Assembly (NCBI GenBank): GCA_012295275.1
Contig: CM022679.1
Span: 29,388,001-29,452,000, forward strand
From: Chrysomallon squamiferum
Taxonomy: Eukaryota; Animalia; Mollusca
Direction: 5' to 3'
Length of the DNA: 64,000 bases
Below are positions 62,655 to 64,000 of the stretch, piece by piece (the stretch's first letter is position 1; every line of letters starts with the position of its first letter). The position numbers and the translations under genes were made by a program. The notes under the pieces are model-generated. The model saw only the letters and a program-made list of their open reading frames with translations. It did not search any database and was not told where the DNA came from.

Positions 62655-63503
62655 CTGTAATACTCAGCTGAAACTCAAAACAGTTTTTATTTCTATTTTT
62701 TATGGGGACTCCACTTTAATATTATCTCAGGAGAAGAGGAACCACGAAAGTTGTATGAACAGGAAGATTCCATTTTAACTTCCGATTTCTAGCTCAGGAT
62801 AAAGATGAGTTGTTTGTGTGTGTAGGTGTTTTAGCTATTCAGAAACAGATCAAATGTTTCTTATCAGAAATTCATAATCCTAAACTAGGGCTGGTTTGTG
62901 TTCCAAAATCGGAAACATTTCTAAAATCCTGTGAGCCTATCAAGACTCAGTCTTTCTAAGCAGTGAACGCCAGGCAGTGTGCCTGCACTTGACTGCACTG
63001 TAGAAGAGTTGATTTATTGAACATGTTTACTGTAATTAAATCTCCATGTTTACTGCATCAGATGCATGCTAAAAGTCATCCAATTTGAACAGCTAACGTA
63101 AACATGTACATTTTAGTAATTAAAATTCCTGTGCACTGAAAATCAACATCAATAAAGCAAACTTCGCTAATAATAAAGTATGACGATTAAATTTAGCCTC
63201 TCCAGTTCTTCTTACTCTGTTACCCAGTATTTTAAAATAGATAAACTGAAACGATAACAATCAGGAGTGAAAGTGATAAGAATATGTACAGAATGTTTTG
63301 GATTAGATAAATTAGTTTATGTCATTTGTACAGTTAGAAAATGATTTTTTTCGTAATCTCTTTTCTCTTAGAAGAAATAAAAATGCAAAATTTGTAAATA
63401 ATATTTTTTCTATTTTCCCTCCCTCTCTCTGTTTTTTTCTCCTTTTTTTTTCTACCTGTATGTTGTTTATCGTTGTTCCACCTCTGTCTCCTTGAATCAT
63501 TCT

Positions 63504-63614
<111 letters not shown>

Positions 63615-64000
63615 CATTATCTCATTCTCACTTTGTTTCTGTCTCTTTCTGTTTCTCTGATATTTTCCAGTTTCACTTTGCACACAAAACATTTAATGTT
63701 AAAAAATAAAAAATGAAGAACTGCAATGAAGAGATAAAATAATTATCCAGAACGGTGAATGTAAACTCAAACAAATAAAAATACCAAAGCTGTTCTTCAG
63801 GTGATTAAAAATGTCAGTGTAACATTTTATCTCCAAGGTTAATTTTCTTAATAAAATACTTTCTTTCTTTCCCCCCCCACACACACACTAAAATACTTTC
63901 TTATATATAGTCAAAGAGTCAGGGAAATACTAATAATGCTATTAGCTTAATTATCTTCCAGATTTATGGGTAGGAAAGGAGAATAAAGAAAGAGTGGATT

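Overview
AT-rich, microsatellite-dense animal (probably invertebrate) genomic DNA; almost every entry in the ORF track is a simple-repeat artefact. Right part (52.5-59.9 kb, minus strand): the last ten coding exons of a Bicaudal-C gene (Ser/Pro-rich linker, SAM domain, C-terminal SGRW); its KH-domain exons lie beyond the window. Left part (0-43.3 kb): a tandem and inverted cluster of about 11 copies of a small secreted-peptide gene that the ORF track mostly misses because it is split into micro-exons. Seven copies (my labels B-H) have intact spliced ORFs and four (A, ghost, I, J) are pseudogenes or relics. Each typical gene has a TATA box, a non-coding exon 1, a 26-bp minisatellite intron, a signal-peptide exon ending in CxxxC, symmetric phase-2 micro-exons of 21 and 18 nt, a 31-nt exon with a second CxxxC, and a terminal exon often encoding K-R-D-V-N-Q. 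The product is a hypervariable C-x3-C-x(10-25)-C-x3-C peptide, predicted to be a disulfide-stapled helical hairpin with toxin- or antimicrobial-like precursor organisation. One very acidic paralogue (D) sits at the centre of the inverted arrangement. All gene models are hand-spliced from GT-AG signals and cross-copy homology and need RNA evidence; I could not assign the family to a named one.
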